This document shows positions 7,011-16,506 of a DNA stretch of 64,000 bases, piece after piece. The DNA is taken from assembly GCA_009838965.1 (NCBI GenBank), contig VXQP01000073.1, positions 77,155-141,154 on the forward strand. Direction: 5' to 3'. Within the stretch, counting starts at the first letter, position 1; each line of letters opens with the position of its first letter. The position numbers were made by a program, and so were the translations under genes. The notes under the pieces are model-generated. The model worked only from the letters and a program-made list of their open reading frames with translations. It did not search any database and was not told where the DNA came from. The stretch is from Chloroflexota bacterium. GTDB lineage: Bacteria > Chloroflexota > Dehalococcoidia > Lucifugimonadales > Australimonadaceae.

Positions 7011-8093
7011 CTACCGGCGCGGGTCCGACGTGAAGGCGTGGTAGTGGCCGCCCTTCGAGACCGGGGGCAGGCCGCTGACCGCCTTCTGCCACGACTCGCC
7101 GCCGTCTTCCGACCAGAGCACCTCGCCGTGCGACGTGGCCGCGAACACCTGCACGGTGCCGCCCGCCTCCTCCAGCGTCATCGCCTCGACGCTCGGCACG
7201 AACTTGTCGGTGAGGCCGGGAGCCTGCAACACCTCCCACGTCTCGCCCGCGTCGCGGCTGCGGGAGATGCGCGTCTCCGCGGTCCCGTTGCGGTTCCACG
7301 CGCCGGGGCTCTCCTGTCCCGCCGTGATGAGCATGTAGGACGGATCGCTCGGCTTGTAGACAAGCTGGTCCGGATAGCCGCCGTACTCGCTGCCGCGGCT
7401 GAAGACGTTGTCCCACGTCGAGCCGTAGTCGCGCGACAGCCACAGCCCCATGCCGCCGGTCACGAACATCCGGTTCGGGTCGGCAGGGTTGGAGACGAGC
7501 CGGTGCACGTCGTTGTACATGCCCGGTATCTCGGTGAACGAGTCGCCGCCGTCGTCGGAGCGGTACAGCCCGCCCTGCTCGATGCTGGCGTACACGACGC
7601 CCGTGTCGTCCGGGTGGAAGCTGATGTGCTTCAGGTGGGCGACGTGCGGCGGGGCAGGGAAGCGCCACTCCCCCGTCTCCTGGGCGTGGAGCGCGGGCTT
7701 CTCCGACCACGTCAGGCCCAGGTCGTCGCTCACGTACAGGTGCGCGGGCTCCGTTCCGGCGAACACCCGCGTCGCGCCGTTCACCTCGGCGACCGACAGG
7801 CTGTAGATGTCTTGCGCCGTGACGCCGACGTCGCGCTTCTCCCACGAGTGGCCGTCGTCGTCGCTGGCGTAGATGCCGCCGTGCTCGACGCCGCAGAACC
7901 ACACGCCGCTCTTCGGGTCCTGCACCAGCGCGTGGATGTGGTTGCCCTCGAGTGTGCGCTCCGTCTCCGTCCAGCCCGCCGCGCCGCGCACGATGCGCAC
8001 GACGCCGTTCACGGTACCGACGAGCGCCTCGTCGCTCGGCGCTGCCGCCGTCAGGATGTTCGAACCACCGCCGTGAGAGACTCCTATCGTCAT
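7011..8093 (-). CDS. BNR/Asp-box repeat beta-propeller protein (sialidase/glycosidase-like fold)
   Basis: Six SxDxGxTW-type boxes (SDDDGHSW, SDDLGLTW, SDDGGDSF, SRDYGSTW, SRDAGETW, SEDGGESW). GGAGG RBS. Confidence 0.8.
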   Translation of the reverse strand: MTIGVSHGGGSNILTAAAPSDEALVGTVNGVVRIVRGAAGWTETERTLEGNHIHALVQDPKSGVWFCGVEHGGIYASDDDGHSWEKRDVGVTAQDIYSLSVAEVNGATRVFAGTEPAHLYVSDDLGLTWSEKPALHAQETGEWRFPAPPHVAHLKHISFHPDDTGVVYASIEQGGLYRSDDGGDSFTEIPGMYNDVHRLVSNPADPNRMFVTGGMGLWLSRDYGSTWDNVFSRGSEYGGYPDQLVYKPSDPSYMLITAGQESPGAWNRNGTAETRISRSRDAGETWEVLQAPGLTDKFVPSVEAMTLEEAGGTVQVFAATSHGEVLWSEDGGESWQKAVSGLPPVSKGGHYHAFTSDPRR

Positions 8094-8110
8094 CGCTTTA
8101 CCTCCTCTGA

Positions 8111-8163
8111 TCCCCTCTCCCCCTGGGAGAGGGTGGCGCGCTTCAGCGCGCGGGTGAGGGTGT
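8111..8163. repeat. REP-like nested-hairpin unit
   Basis: tcccctctccccctgggagagggtggcgcgcttcagcgcgcgggtgagggtg: two adjacent hairpins plus a GGGTGAGGG tail. Confidence 0.85.
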
Positions 8164-8165
8164 CT

Positions 8166-9425
8166 CTAGTGGTCTATCTTCCGCTCTTCCAGCACCTCGA
8201 CGCCATACTCCTCGCCGTACTCCTTCGGCATCTCGACCTGGTGCGTCAACTGTACGTCCTTCCCGGTCTTGGTGTACTCCGTGATGGCAAGGCCGACCTC
8301 GAGGGTCGCCATACCCCAGGCGCCGCTGTGGAACACCGGCTTGCCGAGGCGCACCGCGTTGAATAGCTCCTCCAATTCCTGATCGCGGTGGAGCGGGTCG
8401 GAGTCGACGATGATCTCGGTGAGACCGTCGTCGGTGTACTTGTACAGCCCGTCCGGGCCCTGCCGCAGTTCGCCGAACTCGCAGCTCACGAGCACGATGC
8501 CGAGGTCGTTCGGCTTCCACTTCTCAGGGCCGTGCTCGCGCCGGAATATCGCCGACTCCGCCTCGCCGCCGATGCGCAGCGAGAGCTTCTCCGCGTCCTC
8601 GGGGCGCGTCCCCGCTGCCATCGACTTGCGGATCTCGTTCCGCTCGCTCGGCGTGTAGCGCGTGTTGGCGTCGCCCCACGGCACGAGTTCCGACGCCACG
8701 AAGTAGCCGTAGCCGTTGTGGATAGCCACGCCCGTGACGCCGCTCTCGAACTCCAGGAACGCGGCGTAGTAGCCGGGGATGGAGCGGTACTTCATCCACT
8801 GGCCGTACGCGCCGCGCACGCTCCGCACCTTGCCACCCGCAATGAGGCGGATGCTGTCGATCTGGTGCGGCGTCTGCCGGTAGACGAGGCCGCCGCCCTG
8901 GTCGGGGTCGAGTTCGTCAGCCGTGCGCGGACGGATGACCCAGTCGGTGTAGGCGATGGCATTCACCGCGCCGAGCGCCCCCATCTCGCCGGACGCCACG
9001 ATCTGGCGCATGAGGCGGATGTGCGGCATGAAGCTCTGCGTGTGCCCGGCGACGAGCTTGACGCCGTTGCGGTCGCACGCCTCCACCATCTCCTCTGCCT
9101 CGCGGATGTTCAACGCCATCGGCTTCTCGACCACGACGTGCTTGCCGTGGTTCGCGGCCAGCACCGTCATCGGGCCGTGGAAGCGGTTGGGCGTGGATAT
9201 CCACACCGCCTCGACGTCCGGGTCCTTGCAGAGCGCCTCCGCGCTGTCGTACACCCGTGCGGTCTCGTACCGTGCCTGGAAGCGCTCACGCACGGACGGG
9301 TTGACGTCCGCTCCCGCGAACAGGTCGATGTAGGGAGCGCGCTCCATCGGCGGCAGCATCTCAGCCGCCCCGACGCCGATGCCTATCACGCCCAGCTTCA
9401 GTGGCTTGGTGTCTACGGTCGTCAT
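8166..9425 (-). CDS. Gfo/Idh/MocA family oxidoreductase (long form, 419 aa)
   Basis: N-terminal Rossmann LKLGVIGIGVGAAE, VWISTPNRFH, KHVVVEKPMA. GGAGG RBS. Confidence 0.85.
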   Translation of the reverse strand: MTTVDTKPLKLGVIGIGVGAAEMLPPMERAPYIDLFAGADVNPSVRERFQARYETARVYDSAEALCKDPDVEAVWISTPNRFHGPMTVLAANHGKHVVVEKPMALNIREAEEMVEACDRNGVKLVAGHTQSFMPHIRLMRQIVASGEMGALGAVNAIAYTDWVIRPRTADELDPDQGGGLVYRQTPHQIDSIRLIAGGKVRSVRGAYGQWMKYRSIPGYYAAFLEFESGVTGVAIHNGYGYFVASELVPWGDANTRYTPSERNEIRKSMAAGTRPEDAEKLSLRIGGEAESAIFRREHGPEKWKPNDLGIVLVSCEFGELRQGPDGLYKYTDDGLTEIIVDSDPLHRDQELEELFNAVRLGKPVFHSGAWGMATLEVGLAITEYTKTGKDVQLTHQVEMPKEYGEEYGVEVLEERKIDH

Positions 9426-9464
9426 GCTCTTGTCTCCTCCGTAATCGCCGGCGAACCGGCTTGC

Positions 9465-10709
9465 TTAGACGGACACCGGCGAGAAGTTGCGCGCCTCGCC
9501 GTACCGCTCGTGCACCGGGACCTGGTGCTGCATCTGTATCTCTCTGCCCTCCGCGCCGGACTGGATGATGCCGAGCACCACCTCCAGCGTCGCAAGGCCC
9601 CACTCGCCGGTGTGGAAGATGGGCCTGTCCTCCACCACCGCGTCGTACAGCTCCTCGAGCTCCGCCCGGCGGTAGCCGGGGCCCATGTCGCGGTCGATGG
9701 AGAGGTCTATCTCATGGGTGCCGCGGTCGTCGTAGAGGATGAGTCCGCGCGGTCCGTGGCGGATGTCGCCGCGCTCGCACGTCGCGATGAGCAGGCCGAG
9801 GTCCTCCGGCACCCAGAGCTCCTCGTTCTCCGCCTTGAACACCTCGCGCTCCTGCAGGCCGCCGATGCGCAGCGCCTGCTTGTCCTCGGACTCGTCGCGG
9901 ATGCCCTCGCGCATCTGGCGGCGCACCTCGACACGCTCCTCGGACGTGTAGCGCTGGCGGTCGTGCCCCCACGTCACGAACTCCGCGCCCATCACGTAGC
10001 CGTAGCCGTTGTGGCAAACGAGCGAGGTCGTGCCGTCCTCGAACTCCAGGAACGCGGCGTAGTAGCCGGGGATGGGGCGCTCCGGCATCCATTGGCCGGT
10101 TGCACCGCGCACGCTCTTCACCATGCCGCCGCCGAGCAGTCGCACGCTGTCGATCTGGTGCGGCAACTGGCGCATCGGCAGTCCGCCGCCCTGTTCCATG
10201 TCCAGCTCTTCCCACGTGCGCGGGCGCAGCATCCAGTCCGTGTAGGCGAACGCGTTGATGGCGCGGGCGCGCCCGATCTCGCCGGACTGGATGATCTTCC
10301 ACATCGTCCGGACAGGCGGGGTGAAGCTGCGCGTATGCCCGGCGAGGAACTTCACACCGGTGCGGTTCGCCGTCTCCACCATCTTCTGCGCGTCTTCGAG
10401 GTTGAGCGCCATCGGCTTCTCGACCACGACGTGCTTCCCCGCCTCCATCGCCCGCATCGAGTGCTCGGCGTGGAATCGGTTCGGTGTGGAGACCCATACG
10501 GCCTCGACCTCCGGGTCCGCCAGCATCTCGTCGTAGTCGCCGTAGCCCTTCGCGTTGTAGCGCTCGGCGAACCGGTTCAGCGTGTCTTCATTGATGTCGC
10601 AGCCGGCCACGAGCCGGAGCTCCGGCATTGCCTCCATCGCGGGCAGCATCTCCGTGCCGCCGACGCCGATGCCGACCATCGCGAGTCCCAACCGTCTCTT
10701 GCTTGCCAT
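9465..10709 (-). CDS. Gfo/Idh/MocA family oxidoreductase, paralog of 8166..9425
   Basis: ORF 9465..10766 trimmed to MASKRRLGLAMVGIGVGGTE (ATG at 10709, GGAGG 5 nt upstream). Collinear with its neighbour. Confidence 0.85.
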   Translation of the reverse strand: MASKRRLGLAMVGIGVGGTEMLPAMEAMPELRLVAGCDINEDTLNRFAERYNAKGYGDYDEMLADPEVEAVWVSTPNRFHAEHSMRAMEAGKHVVVEKPMALNLEDAQKMVETANRTGVKFLAGHTRSFTPPVRTMWKIIQSGEIGRARAINAFAYTDWMLRPRTWEELDMEQGGGLPMRQLPHQIDSVRLLGGGMVKSVRGATGQWMPERPIPGYYAAFLEFEDGTTSLVCHNGYGYVMGAEFVTWGHDRQRYTSEERVEVRRQMREGIRDESEDKQALRIGGLQEREVFKAENEELWVPEDLGLLIATCERGDIRHGPRGLILYDDRGTHEIDLSIDRDMGPGYRRAELEELYDAVVEDRPIFHTGEWGLATLEVVLGIIQSGAEGREIQMQHQVPVHERYGEARNFSPVSV

Positions 10710-10906
10710 GCAACCTCCGTGGTGAAAGCGCGGCCAGAGAACATCGCGGCGCGCCATGCGGAACACTACATGAACCGCCCGCGCTTCTCAACCACGAGTA
10801 GGCAGGGGCAGCGGAGCTTCGATGTTGTAGGACCCGGTCGATCAGTCCTCGGCGATTCGGAACGGCCCGCGACGTTCACGTCGCCTCTTGGACTGGACAT
10901 CGTGGG

Positions 10907-11428
10907 CTAGAGCCAACCCGCGAGCGACAGGACCTCGTACGCTACCTCGCCAACCGAGCGGCCTGGACCATTGTCGACGACGTAGTCCTCAACACCCGCT
11001 CGTTCTAGGATGTCGGCGAGTTCCGCTGCGCGTGCAAGCTGCTGGTTGAAAGTCATACCCGGCTCACGGATACGCAGGCGTTCGTGCATCAGTGCGAGGG
11101 GGGCGGTCAGCCGGCACACGATGGGCTGAGCGCCGGGTACGGCTGCCCGGTAGTGGTCGAGTTCCGCGCGGTCTTCGATCACCCTGGCGACCATCAGCCG
11201 CTCAGCCCCGGCGGCGGCGTAGATCGGCCACACGGCGGCAAGGTTTGCGAAGGCCAGGCGCTGGCCGTACGGGTCGTGCTGTGGGTGCATCACGGAGAGC
11301 CAGTCCAGATCGATAGCTGCGTGGGCGATACCTGCTGCCGCCAGCAGGTCTGAGGCCTCAGAAAGTACGGTTGTCTTGCCAGATCCCATGGACCCGGAGA
11401 TGACGAGAAGCGGGACCGTCCTGGGCAA
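10907..11428 (-). CDS. P-loop NTPase/kinase-like protein (AAA_33-like)
   Basis: Walker A GSMGSGKTT near the N-terminus. 173 aa. Confidence 0.65.
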   Translation of the reverse strand: MPRTVPLLVISGSMGSGKTTVLSEASDLLAAAGIAHAAIDLDWLSVMHPQHDPYGQRLAFANLAAVWPIYAAAGAERLMVARVIEDRAELDHYRAAVPGAQPIVCRLTAPLALMHERLRIREPGMTFNQQLARAAELADILERAGVEDYVVDNGPGRSVGEVAYEVLSLAGWL

Positions 11429-11430
11429 CG

Positions 11431-11835
11431 TTACGCGCCGAGCGTGGTCGTGGTCGCGAGGGCAGCCAGTGCGGCGGCGATGACGAGTGTGATCGAGCCG
11501 ATGAGTGCCAGTTCGCGCTTGAGGCTGCCCGTCGGGGTCATGCCTGCCAGTTGACGCTCGCGGCGCTGCGCTCCCACGGCGCGCGCCTGTGGTGCGGGCG
11601 CAGCTACGGTGCGGGGCGCCGCCGCTGGTGCAGGGGAAGAAGGAGCAGCTTGCGCGGCCTCCGCGACAGCAGCAACGGCTTCCGGTTCATCGGCAGGGGC
11701 GTCGTCCGCCGGAGGCGGGGGAACGTACGCGGCTTGCGCGAGCGACGGGCCGGTGACCCGCGCCTTCCGGCGTGCCCGCTCCCGCGCCTTCGCTTGTCCT
11801 GCTGCCGCTCTGCTTCCCGCTTTCTTCCGTGCCAT
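11431..11835 (-). CDS. Hypothetical basic, Ala/Pro-rich protein with a C-terminal transmembrane anchor
   Basis: MARKKAGSRAAAGQAKARERARRKARV... low-complexity A/P linker ...LIGSITLVIAAALAALATTT. Stop lies 3 nt before the next gene's start. Confidence 0.45.
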   Translation of the reverse strand: MARKKAGSRAAAGQAKARERARRKARVTGPSLAQAAYVPPPPADDAPADEPEAVAAVAEAAQAAPSSPAPAAAPRTVAAPAPQARAVGAQRRERQLAGMTPTGSLKRELALIGSITLVIAAALAALATTTTLGA

Positions 11836-11850
11836 GAGTAACCCGCCTCG

Positions 11851-12546
11851 TTAGTTCAGGGTCTGGGCCGTCGCGACGATGACCTCGGTTGCCTGGTCTA
11901 TCGTCAGCATGTCGGTGTTGAGCACCTGGTGATAGTGCCGCGCTTCCTGTGGGTCGATGTCGAAGAAGCGCCTGAAGTAGGCGATGCGCGCGCGGTCGTT
12001 CTCCTGGATGTACCGCACCGCTTCTTCTTCCTTGAGCTGCTCGCGCTGCATGATGCGCTGGACCCGTACGTCCAGGGACGAGATGAGCCCCACGTGCAGT
12101 GTGTTCGGCACGTCGCGGAGGATGACGTTGGAGCCGCGCCCCGCGATGACTACGTTGCCTGCAGCCGCGATCTCGTGGATGACGTCCGAGGTGACCTTCA
12201 GGAGGTTCTCGTCGTCCAGTTCGCCGGAGCCGTGGCTCTCCTCCGGGAAGTCCCGGTACTCGCGCACCAGCAGCGCGTCGAGCCCGCCGCCGAAGTAGGG
12301 GTCGGCTCCGCCGCCGGCAAGCGCTGAGCGCTCCAGCACGGTCTTCACGAATCCCGCGATGCGGTCGCCCAGTCCGGGCGCACGCTCCGTACGCTCGGCG
12401 ACATCCTGTTCGGACGCACCCATCTTCCTCGCCGCCTCGGCAAGGATGGTGCGGTCAACGTGATCGATGCCGAGTTTGTCGGATATCTTCGGGCCGATCT
12501 CGATCACGCCACTACCGATCAGTCCCGTTACGGTGATGACGGGCAT
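11851..12546 (-). CDS. Cytidylate kinase-like family protein (degenerate P-loop)
   Basis: MPVITVTGLIGSGVIEIGPKISDKLG... Start at 12546 (GGAGG 10 nt upstream). An alternative start at 12570 would overlap the rpiB stop by 4 nt. Confidence 0.7.
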   Translation of the reverse strand: MPVITVTGLIGSGVIEIGPKISDKLGIDHVDRTILAEAARKMGASEQDVAERTERAPGLGDRIAGFVKTVLERSALAGGGADPYFGGGLDALLVREYRDFPEESHGSGELDDENLLKVTSDVIHEIAAAGNVVIAGRGSNVILRDVPNTLHVGLISSLDVRVQRIMQREQLKEEEAVRYIQENDRARIAYFRRFFDIDPQEARHYHQVLNTDMLTIDQATEVIVATAQTLN

Positions 12547-12566
12547 ATCTCGCAGTCCTCCTGGAC

Positions 12567-13016
12567 TCATTCGCTCCGGGGAGCGTCCATCTCCTTCAGG
12601 ATGTCTATCATTCTAACGTCATCCGCGTCGCCGTGGGGCGCCGAGAACCACGCATCCAGTATCTCTATGGCCTCGTCAGGGGAAGTCGAGCGCAGGCTCA
12701 TCGCCAGCACGTTCGCATCGTTCCAGCGCCTCGCGCCGTCCGCGGTCTGTGCATCCGTGCAGAGGGCCGCGCGAACGCCCGGCGTCTTGTTCGCGGCGAT
12801 GCTCACTCCCGTGCCCGTGTAGCAGAAGACGACGCCCTGCTCGCACTCTCCGCCGGCGACGCTCTCGCCGACCGCGCGCCCCACGGCAGGCCAACTCGAA
12901 TCGCAACCCTCGGCAAGCGCGCCCACGAGGCTCAACTCATGGCCCCGGCGCAGCAGTTCGTCCACGACGTAACTCGTGAGGTGCGTCGCCTCGTCGCTGC
13001 CTACGGCTATCTTCAT
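12567..13016 (-). CDS. rpiB: Ribose-5-phosphate isomerase B (RpiB/LacAB family)
   Basis: MKIAVGSDEA...GVVFCYTGTGVSIAANKTPGVRAALC...ARRWNDANVLAMS, typical of RpiB. Confidence 0.9.
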   Translation of the reverse strand: MKIAVGSDEATHLTSYVVDELLRRGHELSLVGALAEGCDSSWPAVGRAVGESVAGGECEQGVVFCYTGTGVSIAANKTPGVRAALCTDAQTADGARRWNDANVLAMSLRSTSPDEAIEILDAWFSAPHGDADDVRMIDILKEMDAPRSE

Positions 13017-13022
13017 CGTTCG

Positions 13023-13961
13023 TCAGGCGCGGGGATGTGCGTACTCGAATGCCTCGCGCACCTGGCTGTCCGTCAGGTGCGTGTAGACCTGTGTGGTGGC
13101 GATACTAGCATGGCCGAGCAATTCCTGAACATGCCGCAGCGGCGCGCCGCCCTGCAGCAGGTGGGTGGCGAAACTGTGGCGCAACGTATGCGGCGTGAGC
13201 CCCCGCTGGATGTCCGCTCGCGCCGCCGCCTTCTTGAGCACGAACCAGTACCCCTGGCGCGTCATCGGGTGTCCATGCGCGTTCAGGAAAAGAGCAGAAG
13301 GCACGGGGCCCCGGCGCCTGGCATGCGCCAGCAGCTGTGGTCGCACGTCTCTGACATACGACGTGATCTGCCGCACGATGCCTGGATACACAGGCGCGAG
13401 GCGCTCCTTACCTCCCTTGCCAAAGACGCGTATCCAGCCGCCGTCCAGGCTCAGTGCAGAGAGTTCCAGCCCCTGTGGCCCGACGACCTCCGACACGCGC
13501 AGTCCGGCGGCGTAGGTCAGCTCCAGCATCACCCGGTCCCGCACGCCCTCCGGCCCCGGACGCTCCGACGCCCCCTGCAGCAACCGTACGACCTCACGTT
13601 CCGAGAGCACGTCGGGCAGGGTGCGGGACGGCCTGCGCGTCTGCATCCGCTCTGCGGGATTCGTGTCTATCACGCCTTCCTCCAACAGGAATCGGAAGAA
13701 CGAGCGGGCAGCCGCGATCTTCCGTGCAAGACTCGTACCCGCGTAACCCTGCTCTCCGAACGAGAGGCGGACGTCCTCGATGTCACGCGCGCTGACACTC
13801 GACCACCGCACGTCAACACCATCCCCGACGAGCGCCTCCTGCAGCTGTGCGAGGTCGCTCCGGTAGGCGGCGATAGTGTTGACCGAGAACCCGCGCTCGG
13901 CCCGCAGGTGGCTCAGGAAAGCCGCTATCTGTTGGTCCGTAGCACGCTCTGCAGTCGTCAT
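13023..13961 (-). CDS. Tyrosine recombinase XerC/XerD family
   Basis: ORF 13023..14174 trimmed to MTTAERATDQQIAAFLSHLRAERGFS (ATG at 13961). Catalytic region HTLRHSFATHLL and LGHASIATTQVYTH. Confidence 0.9.
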   Translation of the reverse strand: MTTAERATDQQIAAFLSHLRAERGFSVNTIAAYRSDLAQLQEALVGDGVDVRWSSVSARDIEDVRLSFGEQGYAGTSLARKIAAARSFFRFLLEEGVIDTNPAERMQTRRPSRTLPDVLSEREVVRLLQGASERPGPEGVRDRVMLELTYAAGLRVSEVVGPQGLELSALSLDGGWIRVFGKGGKERLAPVYPGIVRQITSYVRDVRPQLLAHARRRGPVPSALFLNAHGHPMTRQGYWFVLKKAAARADIQRGLTPHTLRHSFATHLLQGGAPLRHVQELLGHASIATTQVYTHLTDSQVREAFEYAHPRA

Positions 13962-14054
13962 GGCGGCAATTGTAGGCAGGGCGGGGCGCTGGCGTAGCCG
14001 GTTTCGCTCGCGGAAAATGCAGAGTGCGGAGGGAGGTCTCTGCGCGGAGCGACG

Positions 14055-14840
14055 ATGACTATCTCCTACGGCCCATACGCATTCGACTCGCCGTTCATCA
14101 CGTGGGTGGGCCTTTTCACGATAGCGGGCATACTCGTCGGAGGGATACTCTTCGCCTGCGCGATGCCCCGGCAAGGAGCATCACGGCGTACGTCGTTCAG
14201 ACTGGTGCTCATAGCCGTGTTCGGCGGGCTCGTCGGAGCGCGGCTGTTCCACATCCTTGACTATCTGGACTTCTTCACCGGCGCGCCGTTCCATATCTTC
14301 TACCTGTGGGAAGGCGGCTACTCCCTCTGGGGCGGCGTACTGGGCGGACTCACGGTGGGACTCTGGAAGGCAGGCAGGCAGGGACTCGAGCGCCTCCCCG
14401 TAGCAGACACGGCTATGCTTCCGGGCCTCATAGGATTCGCCATCGGACGAGTGGGTGGCGTCATCGGTGGCGACCCGCCCGCGACAGGGTCCTCGCTGCC
14501 GTGGGCCATCGTCTACGACCATCCGGACTCGTACGCCTTCGCCGGGGGCGCAGCCGTACACCCTGTAGCGCTCTACGAGGTGCTGCTGAGCCTCACCATT
14601 GCCCTGTGTCTCCTCCGCAGAGCCAAACGCCTGCCGGAAGGAGCGGCGATGCCTTTGGCGCTCGCCGCATGGGGAGCAGGGCGGTTCGCCATCGCGTTCG
14701 TCCGGCTCGACCCCGTGACGTTCGGGCTGCAGCAAGCGCAATGGGTGGGGCTGATCGCGGTTGTCGTCGTTGCCCTCTGGGTTTGGTGCTCCCGCCTCAG
14801 AGCGCGAGGCGGGGACGGCCCGAGGGCGCGTAGTCCCTGA
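14055..14840 (+). CDS. lgt: Prolipoprotein diacylglyceryl transferase
   Basis: Polytopic membrane protein with FYLWEGGYSLWGGVLGG and GRVGGVIGGD motifs, characteristic of Lgt. Confidence 0.85.
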   Translation: MTISYGPYAFDSPFITWVGLFTIAGILVGGILFACAMPRQGASRRTSFRLVLIAVFGGLVGARLFHILDYLDFFTGAPFHIFYLWEGGYSLWGGVLGGLTVGLWKAGRQGLERLPVADTAMLPGLIGFAIGRVGGVIGGDPPATGSSLPWAIVYDHPDSYAFAGGAAVHPVALYEVLLSLTIALCLLRRAKRLPEGAAMPLALAAWGAGRFAIAFVRLDPVTFGLQQAQWVGLIAVVVVALWVWCSRLRARGGDGPRARSP

Positions 14841-16506
14841 GCGTCATGCGCAGGCGCTCGTCGCCGTTCCAGTGGTCCACATCCAGCGTGTAGACGAGGT
14901 CCGCCTGCCCAACGCCGCTCTCCCACTGCTGATTGAACGCGACTGCTTCCCAGATCGCGCCGCCGGAGCGAACGTTCAGCCGGAAGTGTTTACCCTCTGC
15001 GCCCATCTCCGACGCTCGCAGCACTTCCACTCCTCGGGCGAGGAAGACCGGCGCGGGGTTACCGATGCCGAACGGCTCCATGCGGCGCAGGCCCTGGAAC
15101 GCCGGGCCCATCAATTCGTGCGGCTGCGCTTCTGCATCAACGACCCCTTCGCGCATCGATGGGGCGGCGCCGACGCGCTCCGCCGCGATGCTCACGAGCC
15201 GCTCCTGCAGTTCCGGCAAAGCGCCCATGCTGCAACGGAACCCCGCCGCCTGCGCGTGCCCGCCGAACTGAAAAAGCAGCCCTTCGCACTGCGCTAAAGC
15301 ATCCGCCCAGTGGAACGACGGTGCGCTCCGGCAACTCGCCATCACCTGCTCACCGTCCATGGCATAGACAGCCGTCGGTGCGCCGAATTCCTCCGCGAGC
15401 CGCCCCGCGACGAGGCCGACGACACCGGGGTTGAAGTCTGGCTCGCCCACGAGGATGAGCGGCGGTATCTGCGCCGGCACGAGCGCCCGCGCTCGCTCCA
15501 GCGTCTCGTCGGTCAGTGCGCGCCGCTGCGTGTTGTAGTCGTCCAACTGGCGCACGAGTTCGGCGGCCCGCGTCTCGTCGTCCGTCAGCAGCAGGTCGAG
15601 TGCCGTGTCCGCGTGGTCGAGTCGTCCGGCGGCGTTGATGCGCGGCCCGATGGCGAAGCCCAACGTCTCCACATTCGCGTACCCCGGTGTGACCCGTGCC
15701 ACGTCCAGGAGCGCTCGCAAGCCGACCGACCCCGTCCGCTGCAGGTCGCGTATACCGTGGTGAACGATGTAGCGGTTCTCGCCGAACAGGGGGGCCATGT
15801 CCGTGATGGTGCCGATGGCCGCGAGCTCCATCAGTCCGGTGCGCCACTCCTCGCCGAACTCGGGACGCAGTACCCCCTGCGCCAGCTTCAGCGTCATGCC
15901 GACGCCGGTCAGGTGGTCGAACCTGTAAGTGGAGTGCGGCGCCCTCGGATTGATGATGGCGACGGAGCGGGGCAGGGCGGCCGTCGCGAGGTGATGGTCG
16001 GTGATGATGACGTCCACTCCGAGTGAACCTGCGTAGGCTGTCTCCTCCGCATTCGTGACGCCGCAGTCCACCGTGACGATGAGGCTCGCACCCCGCTCGT
16101 GGAGTGCGGCGATGGCATTGCGATTGAGTCCGTGGCCCTCGGTTACGCGGTGCGGGATGTAGTGCAGCGTGCGCAGCCCGTACCGGCGCAGCGCCTTCAC
16201 GAGCAACGCGGTGCCCGTCACGCCGTCCGCATCGAAGTCGCCATAGACAGCCACGGTCTCGCCGTCGCGTCGCGCTGACGCGAGCCGTTCGGCCGCACGC
16301 TCGATGTCCGGCAGCGTGTCCGGGTCCTCGAACAGGCTCTCGGAGACGTTCAGGAAATCGCGGGCCTCTTCCGCATCGTGGATGCCGCGGCGACGGAGCA
16401 GGTGAGCGACAATGGCGGGCAGGGGTGAGAGCGGCGAAGGGTCGGTCGGCTCGGCGACACGCCAGTGCTGCCGCTTCCCGATGAGCACGGCGGGCGCGCT
16501 AGACAA
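14797..16506 (-). CDS. recJ: Single-stranded-DNA-specific exonuclease RecJ
   Basis: DHH motifs (VAVYGDFDADGVTG, VIITDHH) plus the DHHA1 region (GGHAQAAG). TTG start at 16506; an alternative GTG lies at 16488. Confidence 0.9.
   Translation of the reverse strand: MSSAPAVLIGKRQHWRVAEPTDPSPLSPLPAIVAHLLRRRGIHDAEEARDFLNVSESLFEDPDTLPDIERAAERLASARRDGETVAVYGDFDADGVTGTALLVKALRRYGLRTLHYIPHRVTEGHGLNRNAIAALHERGASLIVTVDCGVTNAEETAYAGSLGVDVIITDHHLATAALPRSVAIINPRAPHSTYRFDHLTGVGMTLKLAQGVLRPEFGEEWRTGLMELAAIGTITDMAPLFGENRYIVHHGIRDLQRTGSVGLRALLDVARVTPGYANVETLGFAIGPRINAAGRLDHADTALDLLLTDDETRAAELVRQLDDYNTQRRALTDETLERARALVPAQIPPLILVGEPDFNPGVVGLVAGRLAEEFGAPTAVYAMDGEQVMASCRSAPSFHWADALAQCEGLLFQFGGHAQAAGFRCSMGALPELQERLVSIAAERVGAAPSMREGVVDAEAQPHELMGPAFQGLRRMEPFGIGNPAPVFLARGVEVLRASEMGAEGKHFRLNVRSGGAIWEAVAFNQQWESGVGQADLVYTLDVDHWNGDERLRMTLRDYAPSGRPRLAL

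Noticed and set aside
8388-10910. An 840-aa + strand ORF. Similar very long ORFs occur at 6951..8366, 12633..13997, 16412..17854, 20837..22903, 23856..25379, 25483..26811, 27448..28545, 28506..29594, 32974..34857, 35300..36721, 36937..38097, 38108..39583, 42640..43836, 51788..52936 and 61282..62511.
   Set aside because: Each lies exactly antisense to, or out of frame with, a gene that has clear family motifs. Their translations are Arg/His/Ala/Gly-rich low-complexity strings with no motifs. This is the expected stop-codon-poor shadow of high-GC3 coding DNA.
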